In this document: one piece after another, positions 30,132-39,763 of the stretch | Layout: every line of letters starts with the position of its first letter | How positions within the stretch are numbered: position 1 is the stretch's first letter | NCBI GenBank assembly: GCA_013334575.1 | Contig: JAAXXG010000002.1 | Coordinates: 69,377 to 133,376 of the forward strand | Direction: 5' to 3' | DNA length: 64,000 nt | Source of the DNA: Candidatus Moraniibacteriota bacterium | GTDB taxonomy: Bacteria > Patescibacteriota > Minisyncoccia > Moranbacterales > UBA1568 | Made by a program: the position numbers and the translations under genes | Notes under the pieces: model-generated | Told to the model about the DNA's origin: nothing | The model's database searches: none | The model's input: only the letters and a program-made list of their open reading frames with translations

Positions 30132-30662
30132 ATGCCGCTTCACCCGTTCTCCGACGACATCGTCTTCCTCGATGCCGAATTCACGTCGCTTGATCCGTAT
30201 ACGGGAGAGATCCTGTCCGTCGCGCTCGTGAAGCCTGACGGTTCGGAGCTCTACCTCGAGATAGACCGCGACCCCGGAACACTGAGTCCCTGGGTCGCCG
30301 AGCACGTCCTCCCCTTCCTCGACGGGCCGCGTGTCGCGCCGGACGACGCCGTGATAAGGATCAGGGATTTCGTCGGTGCCGACGAGCCGTTTCCCGTCTC
30401 GTTCGTCACCCCGTACGACACCGTCTTCCTCCGCAAACTCGTTCCCGAATCGGCATGGCCGTTCCGACGGTATCCGATCGATTTCGCCGCCCTGCTCTTC
30501 GCGTCCGGCCTCGATCCGGCGAATCTCCTCGAGAACGACCGGATCCTCTCCGAAAAGATCGGGGTCGCGCCGTCGGAACACCGTCGCATGCACCATGCAC
30601 TCAACGACGCGCAGCTCCTCCGCGACGCCTACGGAAAATTCTTCCGATACCTGGCGGACTGA
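30132..30662 (+). CDS. DEDDh 3'-5' exonuclease family protein
   Basis: FLDAEFT (ExoI), YD (ExoII), HHALNDA (ExoIII). Confidence 0.85.
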   Translation: MPLHPFSDDIVFLDAEFTSLDPYTGEILSVALVKPDGSELYLEIDRDPGTLSPWVAEHVLPFLDGPRVAPDDAVIRIRDFVGADEPFPVSFVTPYDTVFLRKLVPESAWPFRRYPIDFAALLFASGLDPANLLENDRILSEKIGVAPSEHRRMHHALNDAQLLRDAYGKFFRYLAD

Positions 30663-30713
30663 ACGAAACCGGCCGATACCGCCGCAATCCCGGAGCAAAA
30701 GAATCCGGCCTTC

Positions 30714-31406
30714 CTATCGCAACAGGTTCCGGTTCACGTTCTCCGGAACCGAATAGAAGACCGGTTTGAAACTCATGCGGTGAATCGGACACGCCCCGAG
30801 ACGACGCAGGGCGTCCATATGCTCCTTGGTCCCGTATCCCTTGTGTTTCGCGAACCCGTACGCCGGATAGAGCGCGTCGTATTCGAGCATCATCCGGTCG
30901 CGTGTCACCTTGGCGACGATCGACGCGGCCGCGATCGACCGTACGCTCGCGTCCCCTCCGACGACCGTCTCCTGCCGCACCGAGAGATTCGGAATCATCT
31001 GATTCCCGTCGACCAGAAGCAGAAGGTCGTCCGTCGCAAGACCGGTTTCCTCCGCTTTCCGCCGAAAGTCGGACAAGGCCTCCTTCATGGCGAGGAACGT
31101 CGCCTCCAGGATATTCATCCGGTCGATCGTCTCGGCGGAAACGATTCCGACCCCCACCACGAAACGGTCCCGTACGAAAGCGAGCGCCTTCTCACGCTGC
31201 TTCTCGGAGAGTTTCTTCGAATCCCGGACGAGTTTCCATTCCTTTTCCGTTTCCGTATCGATCGGAGCGAAGTCCTGTTTCCTGAACGCGGCGACCGCCG
31301 CCACGACCGGCCCGGCCAACGGCCCGCGCCCAGCCTCGTCGATCCCGACGATACAGGTCGCTCCGTCACGCCGTCGACTCCGTTCAAACTCGAATACGCT
31401 TTCCAT
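30714..31406 (-). CDS. rnhB: Ribonuclease HII
   Basis: GIDEAGRGPLAGPV, DSKKL, DGN, AASIVAKVTRD, KGYGT. Confidence 0.96.
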   Translation of the reverse strand: MESVFEFERSRRRDGATCIVGIDEAGRGPLAGPVVAAVAAFRKQDFAPIDTETEKEWKLVRDSKKLSEKQREKALAFVRDRFVVGVGIVSAETIDRMNILEATFLAMKEALSDFRRKAEETGLATDDLLLLVDGNQMIPNLSVRQETVVGGDASVRSIAAASIVAKVTRDRMMLEYDALYPAYGFAKHKGYGTKEHMDALRRLGACPIHRMSFKPVFYSVPENVNRNLLR

Positions 31407-31535
31407 ACAGGGAAGATACGATTTCTCACATTCTACCGTCACCAGTTTCCGAATGCGATATTGACATAGTTATTACAATATTTTATAACAGGAATTCACT
31501 CTTTCCCAATCTTTCCCAACCAAAATCATCCGACC

Positions 31536-32207
31536 ATGCCGTTCAAAGAATACCTTATTGACCGGTCACTGCTCCCGGAGCCGTATTCCACGGCACAAAA
31601 AGCGGAAACGTACGATTGCATCGTTCCGCAGGCGTACAGCAGAAACGGCTACCCGAATTCGGCGCTCCACGAGATCCACTGCGAGAGGGTCGAGCACGGA
31701 TCCGATATCGCCATGTTCCAGTGGTTGCAAGAACAAGCCTTCGAACCCGGCCAGCCAAACCGGTTCATCTCGGAGTCCTGTTATCAGGCAGCGGAGCTCC
31801 TCGGCCGGCACGTTCCGGTCATCGGGCAGTGGGAGGTCATGTTCGCCCTCTGGAAAGCGTATCCGCAATGGTACGAGTCCAATACGGACGCTCTGGTCGC
31901 CATCTGGCCGGCGGAATGCGGCAGGCAAAATACCTACGAGCTTCTCCTGGAGGCGAGGGAGGTCTGCAAGACACGAAACGTATCCGTGCCGCTCATCCCC
32001 GCCGCACCGCAGCATACGCCAAGGACGTTCTTCCTCGCGAAGAAGATCTTCGGCACCTCGCCGGCGGTCGTAAAACGGTATCCGGATGAAGATCCGAATC
32101 ATTGGTACGACCCCAAATCGGTCCAATGGCAGACCCGATCGGAGAGGCTCTGGCTCCTCTACGAGTCACTCTCCCGGATCCACCATCACCTGTTCGGATG
32201 GCTCTGA
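31536..32207 (+). CDS. Hypothetical protein, weakly YdcF/DUF218-like
   Basis: NTYE, QHTPR and late YE positions resemble DUF218; promoter TTGACA-17-TATAAC at 31461-31489. Confidence 0.6.
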   Translation: MPFKEYLIDRSLLPEPYSTAQKAETYDCIVPQAYSRNGYPNSALHEIHCERVEHGSDIAMFQWLQEQAFEPGQPNRFISESCYQAAELLGRHVPVIGQWEVMFALWKAYPQWYESNTDALVAIWPAECGRQNTYELLLEAREVCKTRNVSVPLIPAAPQHTPRTFFLAKKIFGTSPAVVKRYPDEDPNHWYDPKSVQWQTRSERLWLLYESLSRIHHHLFGWL

Positions 32208-32274
32208 ACCGAAAGAAGGCTTGCGAAAACCGCGAGCCTTTCTTTCTTTTTCAGCCGTCTGCTATACTGTCCCC

Positions 32275-32391
32275 GTAACCCCTTCCCCGCGGAATCCAGG
32301 GCGCAAGCCGGAGCACGGGGGAAGCAAAAACCTATGAACTCCGTCATCCGATCTTATCGAGCGTCTCTTCCCGTCGGGACAGGCGTTTTTT
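32275..32391 (+). ncRNA. Candidate structured leader or sRNA with terminator upstream of dnaE
   Basis: TGcTATACT at 32260-32268; CTTCCCC...GGC-GCAA-GCC...GGGGAAG stem; hairpin with T6 ending at 32391. Confidence 0.4.
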
Positions 32392-32540
32392 GTTCGCCAA
32401 AACCAAGTAGCGCACCCGCTCCGTCATCACCCCCGGTTTCAAAATTCGAAATTCGCGTCGGTCGTTCAACCTTATAGGCATTCGACCTTCCATTGCTACC
32501 GTTTTCTGTTTACTGTTCCCTGTTGATTGCTGACTGCCTT

Positions 32541-35500
32541 ATGTCCGATTTCGTCCACCTCCACGTCCGGTCGCACTATTCGCTCCTCAACGCCCTCCCG
32601 AAAATCGAGGGGCTCATCGCCGAGGCGAAAAAGTATGGCATGGACGCGCTTGCGCTCACCGACACATCCAACATGTACGGCGCGGTCGAGTTCTACGTGC
32701 GCTGCAAGGACGCCGGCCTAAAGGCGATCATCGGGACCGAGCTGCACGTCGTGAAGGATCATACGAGCCGGACGCCGTCGGCCGACGACCGGCCGCGCAA
32801 CACGATCGTCCTGCTCGCGACGAACGAAACCGGCTATCACAACCTCCTCGAACTCGTCTCGAAGGCGCAGCTCGACGGCTTCTACTACAAGGCCCGCGTC
32901 GACAAGAACCTCCTCAGGCAGCATCACGAGGGGCTCATCGCGCTTTCCGGCAACATGACCGGCGAGATTCCGGCGAACCTCATCTACGACAACTACGAGG
33001 CCGCCAAGGCCGCGGCGATCGACTACCGGGACATCTTCGGGGAGGACAACTTCTTCCTCGAGCTCGGTCCGAACATCGAATACGAGAGTCAGGCGACCGT
33101 CAACGCGGGACTCCGACAGATCCACGAGGAAACCGGCATCCCGCTCGTTGCGGCGAGCGACGTCACCTACCTCCGACCGGAAGACCGCGACACGCACGAC
33201 ATCCTCCTGTGCATCCAGAACAACTGGACCGTCGCGCAGGAGAACCGGCCGCGCATGACACATCTCGACCTCTCTTTCCGCAGTCCCGAGGAGATGGAAA
33301 TCCTCTTCCGCGACTACCCCGATGCGATCGCGAACACGAGGCGCATCGCCGACCGCTGCGACCTGAAGATCAAACTCGGCGAGACGCAGCTTCCGCACTT
33401 CGACGTGCCGGAAGGACTGACCGCCGACTCGTATCTCAGACAGCTTTGCGAGGAGGGACTCGTGAAACGGTACGGGACGACGGACGTGGACCAGACCCAC
33501 CGGCAGCGGCTCGACTACGAACTGGACGTTATCGAGAAGACCGGCTTCGCGTCGTACTTCCTCATCGTCGCCGACTTCGTGAACTGGGCCAAAAAAAACG
33601 GGGTCGTCGTCGGACCGGGCCGTGGTTCGGCCGCCGGTTCGTTCGTCGCGTACCTGACCGAGATCACCAACATCGACCCTATCAAGTACGATCTTCTCTT
33701 CGAGCGGTTCCTCAATCCGGAACGTATCTCGATGCCGGACGTCGACATGGACTTCGCCGACGACCGACGCGACGCGGTGCTCGAATACGTCCGTCAGCGA
33801 TACGGCCGCGACCACGTCGCGCAGATCATCACCTTCGGGACGATGGCCGCCAAGGCCGCCATCCGCGACACCGGCCGGGCACTCGGATTCCCCTACGCCT
33901 TCTGCGACCAGATCTCGAAACTCATCCCGATGTTCACGTCGCTGTCGAAGGCCGTGGAAGAGGTCCCCGACCTCAAGGCGCTTTACGACGGAAACCCGGA
34001 CGCGAGACGCATCATCGACACCGCCAAGAAACTCGAGGGCAACGCGCGCCACGCCTCGGTCCACGCCTGCGGCGTCGTCATCACCAAGGATCCCGTCACC
34101 GCCTACTCGCCGCTCCAGAAGGTCGCGGGCCACGGCGACGCGGCCGTGACGCAGTACGCCTCGCAGTCCAAACTCTCCGCGGTGGAGAAGATCGGCCTTC
34201 TCAAGATGGACTTCCTCGGCCTCAAGAACCTCACGATCATCCAGAACACCGTCCGCATCATCCGCGCACTCGGGAAGTTCCCGGACCTCGCGGAGCGACT
34301 CGGGATCGACCCGGAGAAAGGCTCGGCCGCGGACGTGATGGACCGGATCCCGCTCGACGACGAGGCGACCTACCGGCTGCTCCAGGAAGCCCGCACGACT
34401 GGCGTGTTCCAGCTGGAAAGTAACGGGATGAAACGCTATCTCAAGCAGCTCAAGCCGACCGTCTTCGAAGACATCGTCGCGATGGTCGCCCTCTACCGTC
34501 CGGGGCCGATGGAGTGGATCCCCGACTTCATCGACGGCAAACACGGCCGGAAGGTCGTGGAATACCTGCACCCCAAGCTCGAGCCGATCCTCCGCAACAC
34601 CTACGGGGTCGCCGTCTATCAGGAACAGGTCATGCAGATCGCGCGCGACCTGGCCGGATTCACCCTCGGCGAGGCGGACGTGCTCCGCAAGGCCATGGGA
34701 AAGAAGATCAAGGAGCTCATCGCCGAGCAACGCGAGAAGTTCATCGAGCGCGCCGTACAGGAGGGCGTACAGAAGAAGATCGCCGAACAGGTCTTCGCCT
34801 TCATCGAACCGTTCGCCGGATACGGGTTCAACCGCTCCCACGCCGCCTGCTACGCGCTCGTCGGCTACCAGACCGCCTTCCTCAAGGCACACTACCCCGC
34901 CGAATTCATGGCCGCGCTCCTTACGAGCGACCAGAACGACACCGACCGTATCGCCATCGAGGTCGAGGAAACACGCCAGATCGGCGTCGAGGTACTCCCG
35001 CCGGACGTGAACGAAAGTTTCGAGGACTTCGCCGTCATCAAGGGGGACGACGAGAAGGAACGCATCCGGTTCGGTCTCAACGCCATCAAGAACGTGGGAC
35101 GCCCCGCCGCCGAAGAGATCGTCCGCGTCCGCAAACAAGACGGGCCGTTCGCCTCGATGGAAGACCTGCTCGAACGGGTCCGCGTAAAAGACCTGAACAA
35201 GAAGTCGCTCGAAGCGCTCTCCAAGGTCGGCGCGCTCGACCGGTTCGGAGAGCGGAATCTTCTCCTCGAGAACCTCGACGCGATCATCTCCTTCGCCAAG
35301 AATATCGACAAGATCAAGGACACCCACCAGGACAGCCTCTTCGGCGGGATGACGCTCGAGAAGCCGGTCATACGCTTCACGCCACCCGGACGTCCCGCGA
35401 CGAAGAAGGAACGTCTCTCGTGGGAGAAGCAGCTCATCGGCCTCTACATCACCGACCACCCCGTCTCCGACTACGAAGACTACCTGCGCGAGATAGCCCG

Positions 35501-36098
35501 TCCGGTCCGAGACCTCGAGACGCTGCCTGACGGCGCCCAGGTCCGCATAGGCGGCGTGGTCGCGACGGTCCGCAAGATCCTCTCCAAGAACGGACAGCCG
35601 ATGTTCTTCGTCGGGGTCGAGGACCTCACCGGCCGGATCGAGGTCGTCGTCTTCCCCCGGGTCGCCGCCGAGACCGAATCGCTCTGGGTCGAGGACAGCC
35701 TCGTCATCGTGGACGGGAAGGTGAACCGCAAGGACGGTATGACCAAGGTCATGGCCGATACCGGCAGCCGCCTTGACGAGACGGAGATAGCCCGATACCG
35801 TTCGATCAAGCTCACGAGGAAGCGCCACGAACGCCCGAGGGCGGAATCTTCCGCGACCGGTCAGGAGAAGGCCGCCACGCCTCCGGAACGTCGCTACACG
35901 CTCGTCCTCGACGAGGCATCGGCATCGGAAGCGCTCAACCGTCTCTCCGAGGAGCTCGGCCGACTCCCGAAAGGCGAGGACCGCATCTTCCTCCGAGTCG
36001 CCGGAAAACTGATCCGGACCGCCTACGCCGTAACGCTCGACGACGCGGCAAAGGACCGCCTCGCCCGGATTCCCGGAGCGCGGAGTGCCGAAGGATAG
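32541..36098 (+). CDS. dnaE: DNA polymerase III alpha subunit
   Basis: PHP FVHLHVRSHYSLL; GPGRGSAAGS; PDVDMDF; GYGFNRSHA; OB fold. Confidence 0.97.
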   Translation: MSDFVHLHVRSHYSLLNALPKIEGLIAEAKKYGMDALALTDTSNMYGAVEFYVRCKDAGLKAIIGTELHVVKDHTSRTPSADDRPRNTIVLLATNETGYHNLLELVSKAQLDGFYYKARVDKNLLRQHHEGLIALSGNMTGEIPANLIYDNYEAAKAAAIDYRDIFGEDNFFLELGPNIEYESQATVNAGLRQIHEETGIPLVAASDVTYLRPEDRDTHDILLCIQNNWTVAQENRPRMTHLDLSFRSPEEMEILFRDYPDAIANTRRIADRCDLKIKLGETQLPHFDVPEGLTADSYLRQLCEEGLVKRYGTTDVDQTHRQRLDYELDVIEKTGFASYFLIVADFVNWAKKNGVVVGPGRGSAAGSFVAYLTEITNIDPIKYDLLFERFLNPERISMPDVDMDFADDRRDAVLEYVRQRYGRDHVAQIITFGTMAAKAAIRDTGRALGFPYAFCDQISKLIPMFTSLSKAVEEVPDLKALYDGNPDARRIIDTAKKLEGNARHASVHACGVVITKDPVTAYSPLQKVAGHGDAAVTQYASQSKLSAVEKIGLLKMDFLGLKNLTIIQNTVRIIRALGKFPDLAERLGIDPEKGSAADVMDRIPLDDEATYRLLQEARTTGVFQLESNGMKRYLKQLKPTVFEDIVAMVALYRPGPMEWIPDFIDGKHGRKVVEYLHPKLEPILRNTYGVAVYQEQVMQIARDLAGFTLGEADVLRKAMGKKIKELIAEQREKFIERAVQEGVQKKIAEQVFAFIEPFAGYGFNRSHAACYALVGYQTAFLKAHYPAEFMAALLTSDQNDTDRIAIEVEETRQIGVEVLPPDVNESFEDFAVIKGDDEKERIRFGLNAIKNVGRPAAEEIVRVRKQDGPFASMEDLLERVRVKDLNKKSLEALSKVGALDRFGERNLLLENLDAIISFAKNIDKIKDTHQDSLFGGMTLEKPVIRFTPPGRPATKKERLSWEKQLIGLYITDHPVSDYEDYLREIARPVRDLETLPDGAQVRIGGVVATVRKILSKNGQPMFFVGVEDLTGRIEVVVFPRVAAETESLWVEDSLVIVDGKVNRKDGMTKVMADTGSRLDETEIARYRSIKLTRKRHERPRAESSATGQEKAATPPERRYTLVLDEASASEALNRLSEELGRLPKGEDRIFLRVAGKLIRTAYAVTLDDAAKDRLARIPGARSAEG

Positions 36099-36123
36099 GC
36101 CGCCGGAAACGCAAGACGAACCT

Positions 36124-37050
36124 ATGGAAACGATCGTCGTGGTCGGACCGACCGCGTCGGGAAAATCCGACTATGCCATCTCGCTCGCGCGCGAGACCGG
36201 CGGAGAGATCGTCTCCGCCGATTCGCGGCAGGTCTACCGCGGGATGAATATCGGCACCGGGAAGGTTCCCAGAGATACGTTCAATGTAGAGACGGGGCAT
36301 ACCCCGTCTCTACGGAATGACATTTCGTATATCTCCGGCGGTATCCGGCATCACCTTCTCGACGTCGCCTCGCCGAAACGGACCTATACCGTCACGCATT
36401 TCCTCCGTGATGCCAGGGCGGCGATCGACGACATACGGAAACGCGGCAAAACGCCCATCATCTGCGGCGGGACGAACTTCTGGATAGAGGCGCTCGTCTC
36501 CGATACCTCGTTTCCCGCGGTCAGACCCGATCCGCCCCTCCGAAAAACGCTCGGCCGACTCACCGCGCCCGAACTCTTCACGATGCTCGAGGAAAAGGAC
36601 CCCGACCGCGCGAAGACGATCGACCGTCACAATAAGGTCCGGCTCATCCGGGCACTCGAGATCGTCGCGACGCTCGGTAAAGTACCGACAAGCGGAACAA
36701 GGACTCAAGAATCAGGAATGAAGCGGGATGAGAAATTCCGATTCATCGGAGTCGATATCTCACGAGAACAGTTACGTGAAAATATCGTGAGACGACTCGA
36801 TAAGCGGCTCCGGGAAGGGATGGTCGACGAAGTACGACGGCTCCGCGAGGAAGAAGGAATCTCCTGGAAGCGCCTCGAGGGATTTGGACTCGAGTACCGC
36901 TGGTGCGCGCTGTTCCTTCAAGGAAAGATAACGGAAACGGAACTGCGCGACGGTATCACCCGCGACAGCCTCTCCTACGCCAAGCGGCAAATGACGTTTC
37001 TTCGGAAACTGGAACGAAACGGGATACGGATAGAATGGAGGAGAATTTGA
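36124..37050 (+). CDS. miaA: tRNA dimethylallyltransferase
   Basis: GPTASGKS, SADSRQVYRG, HHLLD, GGT, YAKRQMT. Confidence 0.95.
   Translation: METIVVVGPTASGKSDYAISLARETGGEIVSADSRQVYRGMNIGTGKVPRDTFNVETGHTPSLRNDISYISGGIRHHLLDVASPKRTYTVTHFLRDARAAIDDIRKRGKTPIICGGTNFWIEALVSDTSFPAVRPDPPLRKTLGRLTAPELFTMLEEKDPDRAKTIDRHNKVRLIRALEIVATLGKVPTSGTRTQESGMKRDEKFRFIGVDISREQLRENIVRRLDKRLREGMVDEVRRLREEEGISWKRLEGFGLEYRWCALFLQGKITETELRDGITRDSLSYAKRQMTFLRKLERNGIRIEWRRI
36286..36313. repeat. REP palindrome inside miaA coding sequence
   Basis: GTAGAGACGGGGCATACCCCGTCTCTAC; 1 mismatch to 37328-37355. Confidence 0.85.
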
Positions 37051-37066
37051 AATATCGAATTGGACA

Positions 37067-37094
37067 GTAAAGACGCCTCAGTGGGGCGTCTTTT
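37067..37094. repeat. Degenerate REP downstream of RAYT
   Basis: GTAAAGACGCCTCAGTGGGGCGTCTTT. Confidence 0.7.
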
Positions 37095-37632
37095 ATGTTT
37101 GATTTATCGGATTCTCCTCATCCGTATCCCATTCCCGAGGATTGATACGGATATATTCCTGGATCAACCGTAGAGACTCCTCGTTCCGGATAATATGATC
37201 ATGGAATCGCGATTGCCATGAGAATCCGGATTCGGCATGCGACGCCCGGATTCTTTTCGTACAAACAGATTTGAACGACCCGACAATCGTCGCCAAAGTC
37301 GGTCGTTTTCGTGGTTCACTGTTTTCCGTAGAGACGGGGCATGCCCCGTCTCTACACGGAAGGATCTCGATGATTCCGTGAACATGATTCGGCATTACAA
37401 CAAATTCATCCGTTCGGATATCTCGAAAATGGTCCGGGATACTACCCCAGCAATCCCGGACGATTTCCCCGATTCCGGATAATGTCATCTCCCCGTTTTC
37501 GATATCGCCGAACCAGAGACACCGATCCGCGGCACAGATGGTCACGAAATATGCGCCAGGTTGGGAATAATCATATCCGGGTAAGCGTGATGATCGAATC
37601 CTGTATTTGCCTTTGTAGTTATCCGCTACCAT
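37093..37632 (-). mobile_element. REP-associated tyrosine (Y1/HUH) transposase, RAYT
   Basis: YFVTIC, VMPNHVHG (HUH), WQSRFHDHIIR, YIRINP; GTAG-type REPs on both sides and inside. Confidence 0.9.
37328..37355. repeat. REP palindrome inside RAYT
   Basis: Perfect palindrome GTAGAGACGGGGCATGCCCCGTCTCTAC. Confidence 0.85.
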
Positions 37633-37667
37633 AAACGTACATACATCATATCCGATTCCCTATAACG

Positions 37668-37696
37668 GTAGAGACGCCCCGGCGGGGCGTCTCTAC
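37668..37696. repeat. REP upstream of RAYT
   Basis: GTAGAGACGCCCCGGCGGGGCGTCTCTAC. Confidence 0.85.
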
Positions 37697-37721
37697 GGGA
37701 AAAGAAACAAATCAGAAAACC

Positions 37722-37790
37722 CTATCCTTTCATCTTCCCCTTCAGGATCTCCGCCACGACCTCCGGGTTGGCCTTCCCCTTCGTTTCCTT
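37722..37790 (-). pseudogene. Orphan diverged gatB 3' end
   Basis: Translates KETKGKANPEVVAEILKGKMKG* versus gatB KETKGKANPQVVSEILRKRLEA*. Confidence 0.85.
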
Positions 37791-37818
37791 TCGGCCTGAG
37801 GCTGATCCGCGGTCGGAT

Positions 37819-39294
37819 CTACGCCTCCAGTCTTTTCCGGAGTATCTCGGAAACCACCTGCGGATTCGCTTTTCCTTTGGTTTCCTTCATCACCTGGCCG
37901 ATGAGGAACTGAAACGCGTTCTGCTTTCCGGCATGGTAATCCTCGACAGACTTCGCGTTCGCGGCAAGAATCGCGTCGACGATGCCTTCGAGCTCCCCCG
38001 TGTCGCTCACCTGCGCGAGATTGAGCCGGTCGATGATATGCGACGGATCGTTATCCTCGCCCTTGAGCATCTCACCGAGGACCGTCTGAGCTGCGCTCGA
38101 ATTGATTTTTCCATCGGCAATTATCACGATGAATTCCGCATAGTTCTCGGGAGTGATTCCCGACTCACTGATGGTTTTTCCGGATTCGACCAGTCGTTTT
38201 CGCAATTCGGTCACGATATAGTTCGCGGCGAGCCGGATCGCCTTCTCCTCCCCGGCGACCAACTCCTTGGAATCTTTCTTTTCTCCGATCTCGCTCACGA
38301 CCGCTTCGAAATAATCCGCGGTCGGCTTCTCGGCGGTGATCACCGAGACCGCTTCAGACGACAGTCCGTATTGCTTCGCAAACCGTTCTTCCTTGGCTGC
38401 CGGCAGTTCGGGAATGGTCAGACGGAGCGCCTCGATGTCCGCTTCCGAAAATGAGAAAGGCGGGATGTCCGGCTCGGGGAAATAGCGGTAATCGTGCGCA
38501 GACTCCTTCTTGCGCTGCGAAACGGTTTTCTGTCCGTTCTCGTCCCATCCGCGCGTCTCCTGTTCGATCTTCTCGCCCGATTCGAGCGCCTTCGTCTGTC
38601 GGGCGATCTCGTATTCGATCGCCCCGGCAACCGCCTTGAACGAGTTGAGGTTCTTCACCTCGACCTTGGTACCGGACAGCCGGTCCTCACCTTCCGCATA
38701 CAGCGAGATATTCGCCTCGCAGCGCATCTGTCCCTTTTCCATGTCCGCGTCCGAAATGTCGAGATACCGGAGGATCTGCCGAAGCTTCTGGCAGAAGAGC
38801 CGCGCGTCGGCGGCGTTGTCGATATCCGGCTCGGTCACGAGTTCCATGAGCGGCACCCCCGAACGGTTCAGGTCGACCAGGGTATGTTTGGTACCGGCGG
38901 GATGATACAGCTTGCCGGTGTCCTCCTCCATGTGGATCCGGGTGATGCCGACCGTCTTGCCCTCGCGGATCGTGAGCGCCCCCTTCCCGCAGAACGGTTC
39001 GTCGTACTGCGAGATCTGGTAGCCTTTCGGAAGATCGGGATAGAAATAGTTCTTGCGGTCGAACTTCGAGTGCCTGGCGAGTTCGCAGCCGAGCGCGAGT
39101 CCGGCCCGCTGCACCGATTCGATTGCCAGCCGGTTCGGAGTCGGAAGCGCTCCGGGCTGTGCGGTACAGACCGGGCAGATGTGTACGTTCGGTTCGGCCT
39201 CCTGTCCGAGACCGTTCCTGCACGAGCAGAACATCTTGGACTCGGTCCGAAGCTCGACATGGACCTCCATACCGATGACGGGAGTGTATTTCAT
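37819..39294 (-). CDS. gatB: Asp/Glu-tRNA amidotransferase subunit B
   Basis: VIGMEVHVEL, FDRKNYFYPDLPKGYQISQ, DYRYFPEPD. Confidence 0.97.
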   Translation of the reverse strand: MKYTPVIGMEVHVELRTESKMFCSCRNGLGQEAEPNVHICPVCTAQPGALPTPNRLAIESVQRAGLALGCELARHSKFDRKNYFYPDLPKGYQISQYDEPFCGKGALTIREGKTVGITRIHMEEDTGKLYHPAGTKHTLVDLNRSGVPLMELVTEPDIDNAADARLFCQKLRQILRYLDISDADMEKGQMRCEANISLYAEGEDRLSGTKVEVKNLNSFKAVAGAIEYEIARQTKALESGEKIEQETRGWDENGQKTVSQRKKESAHDYRYFPEPDIPPFSFSEADIEALRLTIPELPAAKEERFAKQYGLSSEAVSVITAEKPTADYFEAVVSEIGEKKDSKELVAGEEKAIRLAANYIVTELRKRLVESGKTISESGITPENYAEFIVIIADGKINSSAAQTVLGEMLKGEDNDPSHIIDRLNLAQVSDTGELEGIVDAILAANAKSVEDYHAGKQNAFQFLIGQVMKETKGKANPQVVSEILRKRLEA

Positions 39295-39337
39295 AATCAT
39301 ATGACAGATAGCACTGAACGGATGGCGGGGAACGGAG

Positions 39338-39763
39338 TCACTGCCTCCCCGTACTCCCGAAATGCCCCTCTCCGCGTATCGTAGCATCGAGCTCCGAAAC
39401 CTCGCAAACCTCCGGAAGCGCGATCGGCACGACGAGCATCTGGGCGATCCGCTCTCCCGACGCGACCTCATACGGCTCATCCGAGGTGTTGAGCATGATA
39501 ACCTTCCATTCCCCGCGATAGCCGGAATCGATGACGCCGCCGAGATTCGTGATCCCGTGCTTCGCCGCGAGCCCGGACCGGTCCATGATCAGTCCGACGT
39601 ACCCCTCCGGGATCGCGATGGCGACCCCCGTCGGTACGATGCGCCGCTCTCCGGGACCGAGGGCGGATCCCTCCGTCGCGTACAGGTCGAGACCGGCATC
39701 GCCCGGGTGAGCGCGCATCGGTAACACCGCATCCGGATGGAGTCGTTTTATTTCCAGTTTCAT
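39338..39763 (-). CDS. dut: dUTP diphosphatase
   Basis: AGLDL, RSGLA, GVIDSGYRGE, RIAQ, RGEGHFGSTG. Confidence 0.95.
   Translation of the reverse strand: MKLEIKRLHPDAVLPMRAHPGDAGLDLYATEGSALGPGERRIVPTGVAIAIPEGYVGLIMDRSGLAAKHGITNLGGVIDSGYRGEWKVIMLNTSDEPYEVASGERIAQMLVVPIALPEVCEVSELDATIRGEGHFGSTGRQ

Noticed and set aside
29649-30698. Apparent 349-aa thioredoxin fusion
   Set aside because: The upstream part is antisense to the DEDDh exonuclease; thioredoxin starts at 29963
32282-32325. SRP (4.5S) RNA helix 8
   Set aside because: CAGG..GNRA..AGCA is present but the spacing does not fit CAGG-N3-GNRA-N3-AGCA; kept only as an unidentified structured RNA
32718-35828. 1036-aa minus-strand ORF
   Set aside because: Antisense shadow of dnaE
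37093-37632. IS200/IS605 element with TnpB
   Set aside because: No tnpB; motifs and GTAG palindromes fit a RAYT
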